Shown piece after piece: positions 8,491 through 19,600 of a stretch of DNA of 64,000 nt. The DNA lies in the IMG/VR virus record IMGVR_UViG_3300034375_010798. One strand, written 5' to 3'. Below the pieces are notes generated by a model. The model ran no database searches. It was not told the DNA's origin and worked only from the letters and a program-made list of their open reading frames with translations. Both the position numbers and the translations under genes were made by a program. This stretch comes from a virus. The number at the start of each line of letters is the position of its first letter. The first letter of the stretch is position 1.

Positions 8491-11400
8491 ATGGCCTTAA
8501 TTAGTGAAATACAATTACAAAATAAGTCTATACTCCCAGTAAAATTAGATGATACACAGAAATTTACCGCTGCTGGACTAACAGCAACGGAAACATTAGC
8601 TGTTTCAGACATTGTTCCTGTTTCAGCTAGTGGTATGTTAACACTAAAAAATAGTGGAAATGTTTCTTCTTATTTTCAAACAACAGCTGTTGATGGTGAT
8701 GTAGATTTATTTTTAAATAATGACAGCGATATATATTGGAATATAAAATTATCTGGTAGTAATAATGATGCATTTTTAATTAACGCACTAAATTCAGATA
8801 CAAACCCCACAACATACTTTTCCATAAATAAAACAGGTAATGTTGGATTTGGAACAACTAATGCAGCATCTGATACAGTTGCTGAATTTGTTTCTAATAA
8901 CTCTTCCTCTGCAGCAATTCAATTAACTAATAGTAATGACTCTACTTCAGTTAGAATGGTTTCTGACTCTTCAAGTGGTTCTATTGGAACTAAAACTAAT
9001 AACAAATTTGGTATTAAGGTTAATGATATAGATCAAATTTTTATAGATAATTCCGGTAATTTGGGCTTAAGTAATCCCACACCATATGGAGATAACACTT
9101 ATGGAACTATTACTTTTGGCGGAAACTCATGGGTTGGTTCACAAATTTCAGAAGCTGTTAATAATGATCTTTTTATTATCCAGAATGCTTATTTGGACAC
9201 ATCAACTTGGACTAGAATCACTGATTTAAGTTTAGCTACAAAATTAACACAGAATGCTTCTGGATGGAGTTTTCAAAACTCCACAACAAATACTGGAGCT
9301 ATTACGTGGCAAGACTTATTAACATTAGATAATACAGGGAACTTAACAGTTTCATTAGGTAATTTTGAAGTTACCACAGGAACTGCTACAATTACTGGAA
9401 ATACGGGTATTGGTGGGGCTTCTACTGGTGATAAGTTATATGTTGTTGGAACAACAAAATTAACTTCAACTCTAGATGTTGGTGGTAACACAACAATAAC
9501 AGGTAATATATCGCCCGAGGCTGATGGAACAAGAAATATAGGTTCTGATTTAGTTAGATGGGCTAATCTATATGCGGACAACATCAGCGTCACAAATGGT
9601 ATTAATGGATTAATAACTAATGATGCGGCAAATAAAGTTTTAACCTCTAACAATGATGGAACCGCTAATGCAGAAGCTAATTTAGGGTTTGATGGTTCAA
9701 CTCTATGTGTTGTTGGAGATATAGATGTATCTACTACATTAATAACAGGTGGAAGTATAACAAGCGGAGGAAGTGTTACACCATCAGTTGATGGAACAAA
9801 CAATCTTGGAACATCTTTATTAAGGTGGGGAACATTATATGTAGATAATATTGGAGATAATGGTCAAGCACTAGGTGTTGCTGCTACTACACTTTCTTTT
9901 GATACAGCCGCAACAATAGATACTAGTGGGGCAAATCAATTAGATATTAACACCGGAACAGCTAATCTAGCAATTACTTCTGGTGATGTTACTATGTCTG
10001 GTGGATTGACAGTTGACACTAACACTCTTGTAGTTGATTCAACTAATAATAATGTTGGTATAGCAACAACACCAAATGCGGCATATTCATTAGATGTTAA
10101 CGGTAATATAAACTTAAGTGGTGATCTTTATGTTGGTGGTTCATTGGCTGTTTTTAGTAATTGGTCAACTAATGCAACAACCATATACAGAAATTCTAAT
10201 GTTGGTATAGGTGATTTTAGTTCATCAGCTCCAGCATATAAGTTGGATGTGGATGGGCATATTAATATATCAACTGGCAATACTCTAAAAATAGGCGGCG
10301 TTGATGCGGTATTTAGCAACTGGACGGAAGATGGTAGTGGTGACATATATAGGGGTTCAAAAGTTGGTATTGGAGATAATCAATCGGGGTATTTTAGCAA
10401 TCAAGGACTTGATGTTAGTTTAGAAGTTGTTGGTTTCGCTAATGGGGATGCTGATTTATTGAGATTAACGAACTGGGAATTTTCCGCATTAACCACTGCA
10501 GCAGCCGTGCTTCAATGGGAGTTAAATTCAACTACTAATACTAAATCCATAGCTGGTGAAATGAAAGTTGGTAGAACAGGAGATTGGAATAATTCATCAA
10601 CCGGCACTATGGATGCCTACATGAGTTTTGAAACAAGGGTTGATGATGTCTTAGCTGAAAGAATGAGAATACATACAGATGGCAATGTTGGCATAGGTGT
10701 AAGTAGCCCAACTGAAGCTTTGGATGTTGATGGAAACATTAATATATCCTCTGGTAATACTCTAAAAATAGGTGGAGTTGATGCTGTTTTTAGCAACTGG
10801 ACGGAAAATGGTAGTGGTGATATATATAGGATTTCAAAAGTTGGCATAGGTGATGCTGGATCAGCGGGTTATATTAATAGTCAAGGAATTGATACTAATT
10901 TAGAAATTATTAGTAATTCCAATGGAGATGCTAATTTATTAAAATTAACAAACTGGAAGGCCGATAATCTCACCGTTGCATCAGCTGTGATTCAATGGGA
11001 GTTAGCCACTACCTCATTTACCTATTTAATAGGTGGTGAAATGAAAGTTGGTAGGTCGGCTGATTGGTCCGCTGGAACACCTAGCACTATTGACTCCTAT
11101 ATGAGTTTTGATACAAGGGTTGATAATACTTTAGCTGAAAGAATGAGAATACATACTAATGGTTTTGTTGGTATAAATCAAAACACTCCAGCATATACAC
11201 TAGATGTTGATGGTGATATAAATATATCTGCAGGTAATACACTAAAAATAAATGGAGCAGATGCTGTATTCAGTAATTGGACAGTTAATGGCTCAGACAT
11301 ATATAGAGATTCCAAAGTAGGTATTGGTTCAACAATAAGAGGTAATGTTTTTTATAATGGAACACATTCTGCTGTTCTTCAGTTAGAAGGAACTGATTTT

Positions 11401-12417
11401 AACTCAACTATTTTATCACAAATAGTTAACTCAACATCTAATTATCCATCTCATGTTTTAGCCAGATCCAGAGGAACATCTGTTAACTCTAATGTTATTG
11501 TCGCAGATAATGACATATTGGGTGAAGTTACTGGTCAAGGGAACGATGGAACAGATTTTATACATGCATCCAGTATACAATTTAATGTGGATGGATCACC
11601 AGCAGCAAATGTAATGCCGGGTCGTATAACCTTTCACACAAATAATGGAGGAACCGGCGTAGCTGAAAGAATGAGAATAGATAGCGTTGGCTCAATATTT
11701 ATGGGAGGAAATCATTTATCATCAACACCCGGAAATGCAATTGTAGCTGCTCCTTATGGATCTGGAACTGATATTGATGGTGGGGATTTTAATATATACG
11801 CTGGTCGTTCTACAGGAACAGGAACTGGTGGTGATATAATCTTATACACATCTCCTGCAGGTGTCTCAACAGGAAGCGGTGTAAACTCTCATATTGAAAG
11901 AATGAGAATAACTAGTGATGGTGATGTTACAGTTTCTGGAAATATTGAATCTTCATCAATGATGGCCAGTTCTTTTACATCTCCAACAAACGCAGTTAAT
12001 GCTTCAAGTTGTGTTGATATGGATACTATTTCTATTACAGCCAATCACACAGGTGTGTTTGAGATATATGTATCACTAAACCCACAACCATCTGTAAATA
12101 CATCATTATCTGATTTTTATTATGGTAGAGTTATAGTTGGTAATGGATTAAATGCATCAAATGTATTAACACAATATATTAACTATATAGAAGAGTCACC
12201 AAACCCAAGAGATTTGTATGATTTTGATGCATCAAATAATACGACCTTAATAACAAACGCAGATATTGGAGTATTCATGCTTAATGGGGGAGTTGAATAT
12301 GAAGAGTTAACCGCGGGAACTGATTATACTATTCGTGTAAAAGTTGATAATTTAGAATCTGGTCAGGAAGCTTCTTCGGATGTTAAAGTAAGAATTAAAA
12401 GAGTTGCAGACATATAG
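8491..12417 (+). CDS. Long tail fibre protein (GNVGIG-repeat type)
   Basis: 1308 aa; GGAG RBS; N-terminus paralogous to 981; multiple GNVGIG / LDVxG / ERMRI motifs; two NxGxxLxRWxxLY knuckles. Confidence 0.8.
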   Translation: MALISEIQLQNKSILPVKLDDTQKFTAAGLTATETLAVSDIVPVSASGMLTLKNSGNVSSYFQTTAVDGDVDLFLNNDSDIYWNIKLSGSNNDAFLINALNSDTNPTTYFSINKTGNVGFGTTNAASDTVAEFVSNNSSSAAIQLTNSNDSTSVRMVSDSSSGSIGTKTNNKFGIKVNDIDQIFIDNSGNLGLSNPTPYGDNTYGTITFGGNSWVGSQISEAVNNDLFIIQNAYLDTSTWTRITDLSLATKLTQNASGWSFQNSTTNTGAITWQDLLTLDNTGNLTVSLGNFEVTTGTATITGNTGIGGASTGDKLYVVGTTKLTSTLDVGGNTTITGNISPEADGTRNIGSDLVRWANLYADNISVTNGINGLITNDAANKVLTSNNDGTANAEANLGFDGSTLCVVGDIDVSTTLITGGSITSGGSVTPSVDGTNNLGTSLLRWGTLYVDNIGDNGQALGVAATTLSFDTAATIDTSGANQLDINTGTANLAITSGDVTMSGGLTVDTNTLVVDSTNNNVGIATTPNAAYSLDVNGNINLSGDLYVGGSLAVFSNWSTNATTIYRNSNVGIGDFSSSAPAYKLDVDGHINISTGNTLKIGGVDAVFSNWTEDGSGDIYRGSKVGIGDNQSGYFSNQGLDVSLEVVGFANGDADLLRLTNWEFSALTTAAAVLQWELNSTTNTKSIAGEMKVGRTGDWNNSSTGTMDAYMSFETRVDDVLAERMRIHTDGNVGIGVSSPTEALDVDGNINISSGNTLKIGGVDAVFSNWTENGSGDIYRISKVGIGDAGSAGYINSQGIDTNLEIISNSNGDANLLKLTNWKADNLTVASAVIQWELATTSFTYLIGGEMKVGRSADWSAGTPSTIDSYMSFDTRVDNTLAERMRIHTNGFVGINQNTPAYTLDVDGDINISAGNTLKINGADAVFSNWTVNGSDIYRDSKVGIGSTIRGNVFYNGTHSAVLQLEGTDFNSTILSQIVNSTSNYPSHVLARSRGTSVNSNVIVADNDILGEVTGQGNDGTDFIHASSIQFNVDGSPAANVMPGRITFHTNNGGTGVAERMRIDSVGSIFMGGNHLSSTPGNAIVAAPYGSGTDIDGGDFNIYAGRSTGTGTGGDIILYTSPAGVSTGSGVNSHIERMRITSDGDVTVSGNIESSSMMASSFTSPTNAVNASSCVDMDTISITANHTGVFEIYVSLNPQPSVNTSLSDFYYGRVIVGNGLNASNVLTQYINYIEESPNPRDLYDFDASNNTTLITNADIGVFMLNGGVEYEELTAGTDYTIRVKVDNLESGQEASSDVKVRIKRVADI
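10243..11199 (+). repeat. Tandem intragenic duplication of an approximately 480-bp fibre module
   Basis: LDVDGxINISxGNTLKIGGVDAVFSNWTE...LAERMRIHT occurs twice (offset 477-480 nt); a partial third copy follows at about 11200. Confidence 0.9.
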
Positions 12418-12428
12418 GAAAATAAAAT

Positions 12429-12881
12429 ATGGCTAAATATAAAAATCTTATTGATGTTGGTAACTTAAACATTGATACTAACACATTAACTATTGATTGT
12501 GTTAACAATAGAGTGGGTGTCGGTGTTGTTGATCCTTCATACAACTTTACTGTAAAATCTCCAGCAACAGGTGATGCAACAATTGCCGCTTTTGTTAATA
12601 ATAATGATGGATTAAATCATGTTTTCGGAAAAGATGCTAGTAATAACGGTTATCAACGAATCTATAACTCAGCTGGCAACGCTTGTGTTCAAATAAACTC
12701 TAGTGGGGATTCTTATATTAATGGAGGTAATTTGGGCATTGGTATATCAAACCCATCATATAATTTAGATGTTACAGGTGATATAAACTTTACAGGAACC
12801 TTAAATCAAAATGGAGTTTCTTTTAATAATGTTGATGATGTCGCATCAATATCAACGGTATTTTTTTTAATGGGAGTATAG
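12429..12881 (+). CDS. Short tail fibre / stalk protein
   Basis: 150 aa; N-terminal MAKYKNLIDVGNLNIDTNTLTIDCVNN shared with 21100 and 27220; one fibre module; hydrophobic C-terminus VFFLMGV. Confidence 0.7.
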   Translation: MAKYKNLIDVGNLNIDTNTLTIDCVNNRVGVGVVDPSYNFTVKSPATGDATIAAFVNNNDGLNHVFGKDASNNGYQRIYNSAGNACVQINSSGDSYINGGNLGIGISNPSYNLDVTGDINFTGTLNQNGVSFNNVDDVASISTVFFLMGV

Positions 12882-12884
12882 ATA

Positions 12885-13223
12885 ATGCCAACAGCATATA
12901 AACCTTTTCACACACAAGGAACTACAGCAGTAACAACTTACGCTACACTTTATAATGTTCCAGCTTCTACTGAATCTGTCATATCAAGTATTGTTGTTTG
13001 TAACACAAACACATCAGCTGCTACATTTAGAGTAGGTATAGATGATACAGCTGGCGATCCGTTAATTACCAATGGTGAGTTTTTAGTATATGATGCTACA
13101 ATTGCGGCGAATGACACAATAACACTTACATTAGGTGTTGCATTAGATGCTGGTAAATATATTAGGGTTTCATCTTCTGAAAATACTGTTTTATTTTCTG
13201 TCTTTGTTTCGGAGATTTCTTAA
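12885..13223 (+). CDS. Small beta-sandwich virion protein, putative fibre adaptor
   Basis: 112 aa; GGAG RBS; TLYNVPAST...ISSIVVCN...YDATIAANDTITLTLG pattern recalled from small structural proteins lying between fibre genes in aquatic phages; TAATG overlap with the next gene. Confidence 0.55.
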   Translation: MPTAYKPFHTQGTTAVTTYATLYNVPASTESVISSIVVCNTNTSAATFRVGIDDTAGDPLITNGEFLVYDATIAANDTITLTLGVALDAGKYIRVSSSENTVLFSVFVSEIS

Positions 13224-16200
13224 TGGGTATAAGTTCTATAAGAAGTAAATATACACCTGCGGGTTCAAATAGAGAAATACAAATTAACGATAACGGTGTT
13301 TTGGGTTCTTCAAGTGGTTTTGTTTTAAATAGTTCTGGTAATGTTGGCATAGGAACGGACATGCCAACAGCACCTTTGCACTTAATTGCAGGAACGCCAA
13401 GTGCATCAGCTGATGCGTTTCATATTAGCGATGGCACTTACACCAACATTGCTATGTATTCTGGTGCTGCTGATGGTGAAATCCGCATTGGCGCGGCTGG
13501 CCAGCTTCGCGGTCGTTATGCTGCGCAATATGCAGGCACTCGCACAGGCCATAATTTTTCATTAGGCACCAACGACACCACGGCAATCACGATTGATAAC
13601 TCACAGCGCGTCGGCATTGGCACGACCGACCCATCTTTCCCTCTTGAAGTTGAGGCAGGCAGTGGTGTTAGTGGTTTGATGGTGGGTGGAACTGCAGGAC
13701 AAGTTGAATTACAGGGTGATGGGCAGGTATACGGTTATCAAAAATTAGACGTAGCATCAGCAGGTTTGCAGATCAAAGGATATTCGGATGGCGGTGGGGC
13801 AAAAACAGAACAAGCCAAAATGTTTTTGACTCAAGAAACCGCAGGTTCAGCAGGTGGTGAGATTAGGTTTTATACAAATGACGGCAGTGCAGTAACTGAA
13901 CGCGCACGCATATATAAGAATGGCGATATACGGTTTATCGGCACAGCTACAGATGCTTTCTACTGGGATGCATCGTCCTCGCGACTCGGCATAGGCACAG
14001 CCTCGCCAGATGGCACTCTGCACATACATACTGGCTCGGCTGGGTCAGTTACTGCCCATGGCTCGGCAGACGATTTAGTTATCGAGCACGCGAGCGATGC
14101 AGGACTGTCAATTCTAACTCCAGCAGCAAATAATGGTCGAATTTATTTCGGATCGCCCACCAATAATGCATACGGCCAGATTGATTACGATCACGCAACG
14201 AACGACATGGTGTTTGCTACCGCTGGAGCTGGTAGGCTAACGCTCAACGCATCTGGCAACATGGGGTTGAACGTAACGCCCAGTGCGTGGCGATCGACCG
14301 AGAGAGCATTACAGATAGATCGTCGTGCGGCTCTTTATGCCGATTCGCACGTTACAACTGCTCTCGCAAATAACTTATTTATTAATAGCTCTGGATACGC
14401 TCTAATAGAGGCAGATGCGGCATCTCAGTATATCCAGTATCAAGGTGAACATATCTGGCAGACAGTGGGTAGTGGATCAGCAGGTGCTAATGTTTCGCCC
14501 TCAACACTCATGACGCTGACTAGTGCAGGCAACCTTTCGATTGATACAGACACTTTATATGTTGACGCAGTTAATGACCGTCTTGGCGTAAACCAAGCTT
14601 TACCTACAGCGTCACTTACAGTGCAAGCGGCACATAACTCATTACACACAATGAAGATTGAAAATGCAGCTGGTAATGTTGTCCAAGAGACTTATATAAA
14701 TGGCGATGGGGATGGAGCTTTAAATATTAGAAACGCAGGTGGTCTTCATAAAATGCAGTTTAGCACCTATGAAGACTCGTTTATTAACGCAGGTTTTAAT
14801 TTAGGCATAGGCACGAACTCGCCAACGACTCTTCTTGAGTTGAATTCATCCTCTGGCCCAGAGATAACAATACAGCGTGATGATACACTGATTGCCGTGG
14901 ATGATTTAGTAGGCGGCATCCGTTTTAGTAGCAATGATGAAAGCATTGCGTTAGGGACACCACCCCATTATGGAGCAGGTATAAAAGTTAAGTCTCAAGG
15001 CACTGTTGGTTATCAAAATATGCTTCTCTACGCAGGACAGAACAATTTGGGATATGAAAACGACACGCCCTCACTGCGGTTAGTGTATAACGGCGATGTG
15101 AATTTTTACGATAACTCGGGTGCCGTTGCCATGAATTGGGATGCGCCAACAACGTCGCTCGGTATACGAACGGCCTCTCCAAACTTTCCTTTACAGGTGA
15201 TGGGAGAGGTTTTTGCAGGAGTGATGCCCGGTTTTGAACAATCTGGTAAATTTTATCTGGGCAGGGGTGACGGAACTGGCACGGATGTTCGTTATCACTA
15301 TATAGAGGCAAATAATTCTACGACAAAAGCAAGTAACTACCTCTCGTTTAACCTCCATACAGGCGCAACCACGACAAGCACTTCTGAACTTTTTCGATTG
15401 GAAGCGGGTCCGGGGTCTGGTGCGGTAAAAACAGTTAACATAGCTTTTAGGGGAAATTCAATTGAAAACTACACTACAGCTACCGACACCGGAAACTTGT
15501 GGGTAAACTATGAAGGATACCAAGGCGGCACAACTTATTTCCGTGATTTTAAAGTCGGCAACGGTAAACAATCGGTTATTGCTTTCTTTGACGGTTCAAG
15601 TGGCAATGTTGGCATTGGAACGGATGTGCCAGATACTTCACTTCATATTTCTGGAAGTGGCACTATTGTAGGTAAGACTGTTTCTACGAATGGATCGGCT
15701 GTTTGGCAAGCTGATTCTATATCTACCGAAGCTTCAATATTATATTTTACTACAGCCGGATCTCAAGCTTGGAAATTTCAAAAAGCTGCTGTTACTGGTA
15801 ATTTAGAAATAAGAAACTCAACTGACTTAACAAAATTTACTATGTTGGATAATGGTAATGTTGGTATAGGTGTAACTTCTCCTCCGTCATTACTAACACT
15901 TAAGGATGGTAATATTCTTTTAGCGCATAGCTCTACAGATGTTGATGGTGGTCACGGAATATTTTTTCACACTACAACTAATAATTGGTCTGAAGCTGCA
16001 GCACACGCTGCAATATATGGTAAAAGAGTAGATGGTAGCAATGGTTATCTTAGATTTGACACAAGAAGTGGTGGAACAACTGCTGAAAGAATGCGTCTTG
16101 ACTCGTCTGGCAATCTTTTAATCGGCTATACATCGTCGAATGGCAGTTACAAGTTACAAGTCAATTCTCAGATTTTTGCTACCAACGCAACTATTGCTAC

Positions 16201-16537
16201 GTCAGACGGACGATACAAAGAGGATGTGCAGACGCTATCCAACGCTACTGATTTAGTTTCGCGCCTCAATCCTGTTCAGTTCAAGTGGAAGGCCCATGAA
16301 ATACACAATTTAGACGTTGGTAAAACGGACGTTGGTTTTATCGCGCAAGAAGTGCAAGAGGTGTTGTCCGATACTGACTACAGTGATTCCGTGGTTGTTA
16401 CTAACAAAACAGACGATGAGGAATATTTGGGATTAGGTGAGACAAAGCTAATCCCGTTGCTGACAGCTGCACTGCAAGAAGCAATCACAAAAATAGAAAC
16501 CCTTGAAACCAAAGTAGCCGCACTGGAATCGGTATGA
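13223..16537 (+). CDS. Tail fibre protein with C-terminal intramolecular chaperone (peptidase S74)
   Basis: 1104 aa; GNVGIGT repeats; TSDGRYKEDV...LNPVQFKWK...GFIAQEV...LTAALQE coiled-coil tail; visibly higher GC than its flanks. Confidence 0.85.
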   Translation: MGISSIRSKYTPAGSNREIQINDNGVLGSSSGFVLNSSGNVGIGTDMPTAPLHLIAGTPSASADAFHISDGTYTNIAMYSGAADGEIRIGAAGQLRGRYAAQYAGTRTGHNFSLGTNDTTAITIDNSQRVGIGTTDPSFPLEVEAGSGVSGLMVGGTAGQVELQGDGQVYGYQKLDVASAGLQIKGYSDGGGAKTEQAKMFLTQETAGSAGGEIRFYTNDGSAVTERARIYKNGDIRFIGTATDAFYWDASSSRLGIGTASPDGTLHIHTGSAGSVTAHGSADDLVIEHASDAGLSILTPAANNGRIYFGSPTNNAYGQIDYDHATNDMVFATAGAGRLTLNASGNMGLNVTPSAWRSTERALQIDRRAALYADSHVTTALANNLFINSSGYALIEADAASQYIQYQGEHIWQTVGSGSAGANVSPSTLMTLTSAGNLSIDTDTLYVDAVNDRLGVNQALPTASLTVQAAHNSLHTMKIENAAGNVVQETYINGDGDGALNIRNAGGLHKMQFSTYEDSFINAGFNLGIGTNSPTTLLELNSSSGPEITIQRDDTLIAVDDLVGGIRFSSNDESIALGTPPHYGAGIKVKSQGTVGYQNMLLYAGQNNLGYENDTPSLRLVYNGDVNFYDNSGAVAMNWDAPTTSLGIRTASPNFPLQVMGEVFAGVMPGFEQSGKFYLGRGDGTGTDVRYHYIEANNSTTKASNYLSFNLHTGATTTSTSELFRLEAGPGSGAVKTVNIAFRGNSIENYTTATDTGNLWVNYEGYQGGTTYFRDFKVGNGKQSVIAFFDGSSGNVGIGTDVPDTSLHISGSGTIVGKTVSTNGSAVWQADSISTEASILYFTTAGSQAWKFQKAAVTGNLEIRNSTDLTKFTMLDNGNVGIGVTSPPSLLTLKDGNILLAHSSTDVDGGHGIFFHTTTNNWSEAAAHAAIYGKRVDGSNGYLRFDTRSGGTTAERMRLDSSGNLLIGYTSSNGSYKLQVNSQIFATNATIATSDGRYKEDVQTLSNATDLVSRLNPVQFKWKAHEIHNLDVGKTDVGFIAQEVQEVLSDTDYSDSVVVTNKTDDEEYLGLGETKLIPLLTAALQEAITKIETLETKVAALESV

Positions 16538-16549
16538 GGAGAATAGACA

Positions 16550-16612
16550 ATGGCTTACCAAGGCAATGCCGAAACTAGTGATGTTCATACCCAAGTATTA
16601 AGATTAATGTAA
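16550..16612 (+). pseudogene. Vestigial 20-codon gene start (MAYQGNAETSDVHTQVLRLM)
   Basis: Strong GAGGAG RBS overlapping the previous stop codon; MAYxGN resembles a common phage fibre N-terminus; the frame closes where the sequence returns to AT-rich composition. Confidence 0.45.
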
Positions 16613-16629
16613 ATAAAAGGATATAAAAA

Positions 16630-19600
16630 ATGGCAATAAATAGCTTATCAACATTAACAGAGTTTCCTTCTTTATGGTCTCAAAATGGAACTTCAATTTA
16701 TTATAATTCTGGAAATTTGGGAATAGGGTTAAGTAATCCGGGATTTAACTTAGATGTTGTTGGGGATATAAATTTTAGTGGTGATTTGTTGCAAAATGGT
16801 GTTGTTATGACCTTTGGTCAGTTTGACACAGATGGTGACGGAACTAGTATTGTTTATAATAATGGTGGTGAGGTTGTATTAGATAAAATAAGAAGTAATA
16901 CTTTAGGTGATGGTGTTTTTACTATAAGAGATTGCACAAACTCTACAGGAAAGTGGCAAAATAGAATAGGAACTGATGATTCGTATAATTTAGATTATTA
17001 TAATGGTTCATCTTGGTCAAACTGTGTTTTTGTTGACACTATTGGATTAAATGTAAACGCAACATCTGGGGAAAGATTATCTATAAGAAATGCTAGTGGC
17101 ATATCAAATAATGAAGATTTAGGTGGTGTTTCTTGGATGCAAGAAGGTAGCACTGGAACTGTTGTTGGTAATATTTTTATGTTGGGTGATTCCGATGGAG
17201 GAACAACAGGAAGAGGTAAAATGTTTTTTGGAGTTAGAGGTAATGACTCTAATCAAAGTGCAATATGTCAAATGTCATTAGATAGTTTTGGTAATGTAAA
17301 TATAGGTGGTAATTTTAATTCTTCTAGTAAACTTTATGTTGGTAAAACATCTTGGGGTATAAATGAAGCAAATCCTCTTGTAAACTTTGCTGTAACTGCC
17401 TCTGGAACGAACGGAAGTGGGTCTTATACAAGTAGAATAATGAAACTATATAGTGATGGATCATTCACTTCAGAGGTAGACAATGATGATAATATAATAG
17501 GTTTAGAAATAGAGATGGATGTTACTGGGCCTGTTAATAAAATACCGTTACGAATTACTGGTGATAACAATTATAATTATGATTTTACCTCTCAAAGCAA
17601 TGGGGTTACACCCGGAACAAGATTAGATATGTTTGTTGGTTCAAGTGCTGGTGATTTTTCTTTTAGTAATTCTGGTGGAGAGTTATTAAGAATAAAGGGA
17701 AGTGGTAATGTTGGCATAGGCACGGACTCGCCAGAGCATACTCTGCATGTAAGAGGTTCGGGCAACGGTGCAGTTATTGAAGTTGAAGATACGGCAGCTA
17801 ACGGAAACCCTGTGTTCCGATTGAAAAACGATGCACAAGAATGGCAGTGGCAGTTGAGAGGTGCAGAGTCTGATTCGCTTGTAGCGTGGGACGTTACGGG
17901 GGTTACAGGTCGGCTTTATTTAACCACAGCGGGCAATTTGGGATTGGGTGCGTCCTCGCCAGTTAATTTTTCAAACCAGACTTCTCTTACAGTAAATGGA
18001 ACATCAGTAGGACGAGTAGACGTAAAAGCTAGTGGGAGCGGTGGCGGTGCAATGTTTGGAACATCGTCAGCATTAACAATGCAAGCTAATTCTGGCGTAG
18101 CATTAAATTTAGACTCCGCATCTGGACAGCCTATTACGTTTCAAGTTGGTAGTAGTGAGAAGGCACGCATCACGAGCGCAGGCGTTATGCAAGTGGGTGG
18201 TCAAACAGGCACATTGAAGTTGGGCAACGATGGAACGTATCATGGGACGATTGAATGGGAATACGCAAACAACGAATTAGCGCACACCATCAACAATGTT
18301 GGAGTTCATACGTTTAATACAAACGGTAAAGAAGTGGCGCGATTTACTCAATCTACTTCTAATTCGGGTGGATTAATTCTTAAAAGCAATGCAGGGAATG
18401 ATCTCATCGCTATGGGGGCAGAGGGTTCTGGTGGTAATGAGGAAAATGGTTTCATTGCAGGTTATCAGAATGGGACACAAAAATTTTCAATCGGTGCAAC
18501 AACAGGTCCGACATGGTTTAATACAGGCCAAAATTTTGGCATAGGCACGGACTCGCCTTCATATCCCTTACATATAGCTAGATCGGCTGGATCGACCTGC
18601 ACACTATTAAATCTCCAATCTTGCACAAACAGTTCAGAGGGAAATAGAGTTCAACTGGCTTTTTCAAGCCAAGTCGCACTTGATAGTCAAACACGGATTA
18701 ATGCAGCTATTGATTCTATAACCCACAGTGTCGCCTATTCCCATTACGGTGATTTAGCATTTCTTACTATGAATGCAGCAGTCCTTACTGAAAAAATGAG
18801 AATAACTAGTGATGGTAAGGTTGGCCTTGGTAGTAATGCACCAGTTTACTTATTTGATATGGGAAGTGGGAACGCAAGAAATATTAGAGTTGGAACTAGA
18901 ACATTTATTGGAAGTGGATATTCCGGATCATCAACTATACTAGGTTATAATGTAATAGCGGATGAGTCAACAACAGCGACTAATAGAATGATTATTACAG
19001 AAACATCAACTGGCAATGGTTTGCCAGCCGCTATTAATATGTTTGCTGGAAATATGGAGTTTCATACAGCTCCTTCGGGAACAATAAATGATGAAATGTC
19101 ATGTCTTAGGCTTAGAATTATTAATGCTGGAACTGTGGAGATTTATAATGCAGCAGATCCAGATGGAACAGAAGATTCTTTAAGAATATATGCACAAGAT
19201 GGAGATAGTAGATTTACAGTAGGTAATAATGGAGCAAACCATAGTGCTGTAATGAAACTTTCAAACAGCACCGGAGCTATTACTCATTGTCTAAACTCTC
19301 ATGGTGGTATTGCTTGTCATAATGGATGTGTAATATCACCTACAGTTTGTGGATCAACTATAGTGAAAACAAAAACTCTTTGTGTTTGCGAAGGAACGTT
19401 GGCGGCGAGCCACCCAAGAGTTTTACTTAATATGGATGCTTGCAAAACTGATGTGGGAAGTGAAACTGCAACTTGTTTTAGAGTATCGGTTAATGCAGAT
19501 AATAATTGTTCTATAATATACACCGGTGATACTGCTAATAATCCAGCAGTTTTATGCACAACTGCGGCACACTTTAGAGCATGTGGACCTATTGGAACTC

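Noticed and set aside
10243-11199. Complete diversity-generating retroelement
   Set aside because: No reverse transcriptase or non-coding template in the window and mismatches are not exclusively at adenines; kept only as a weak signature
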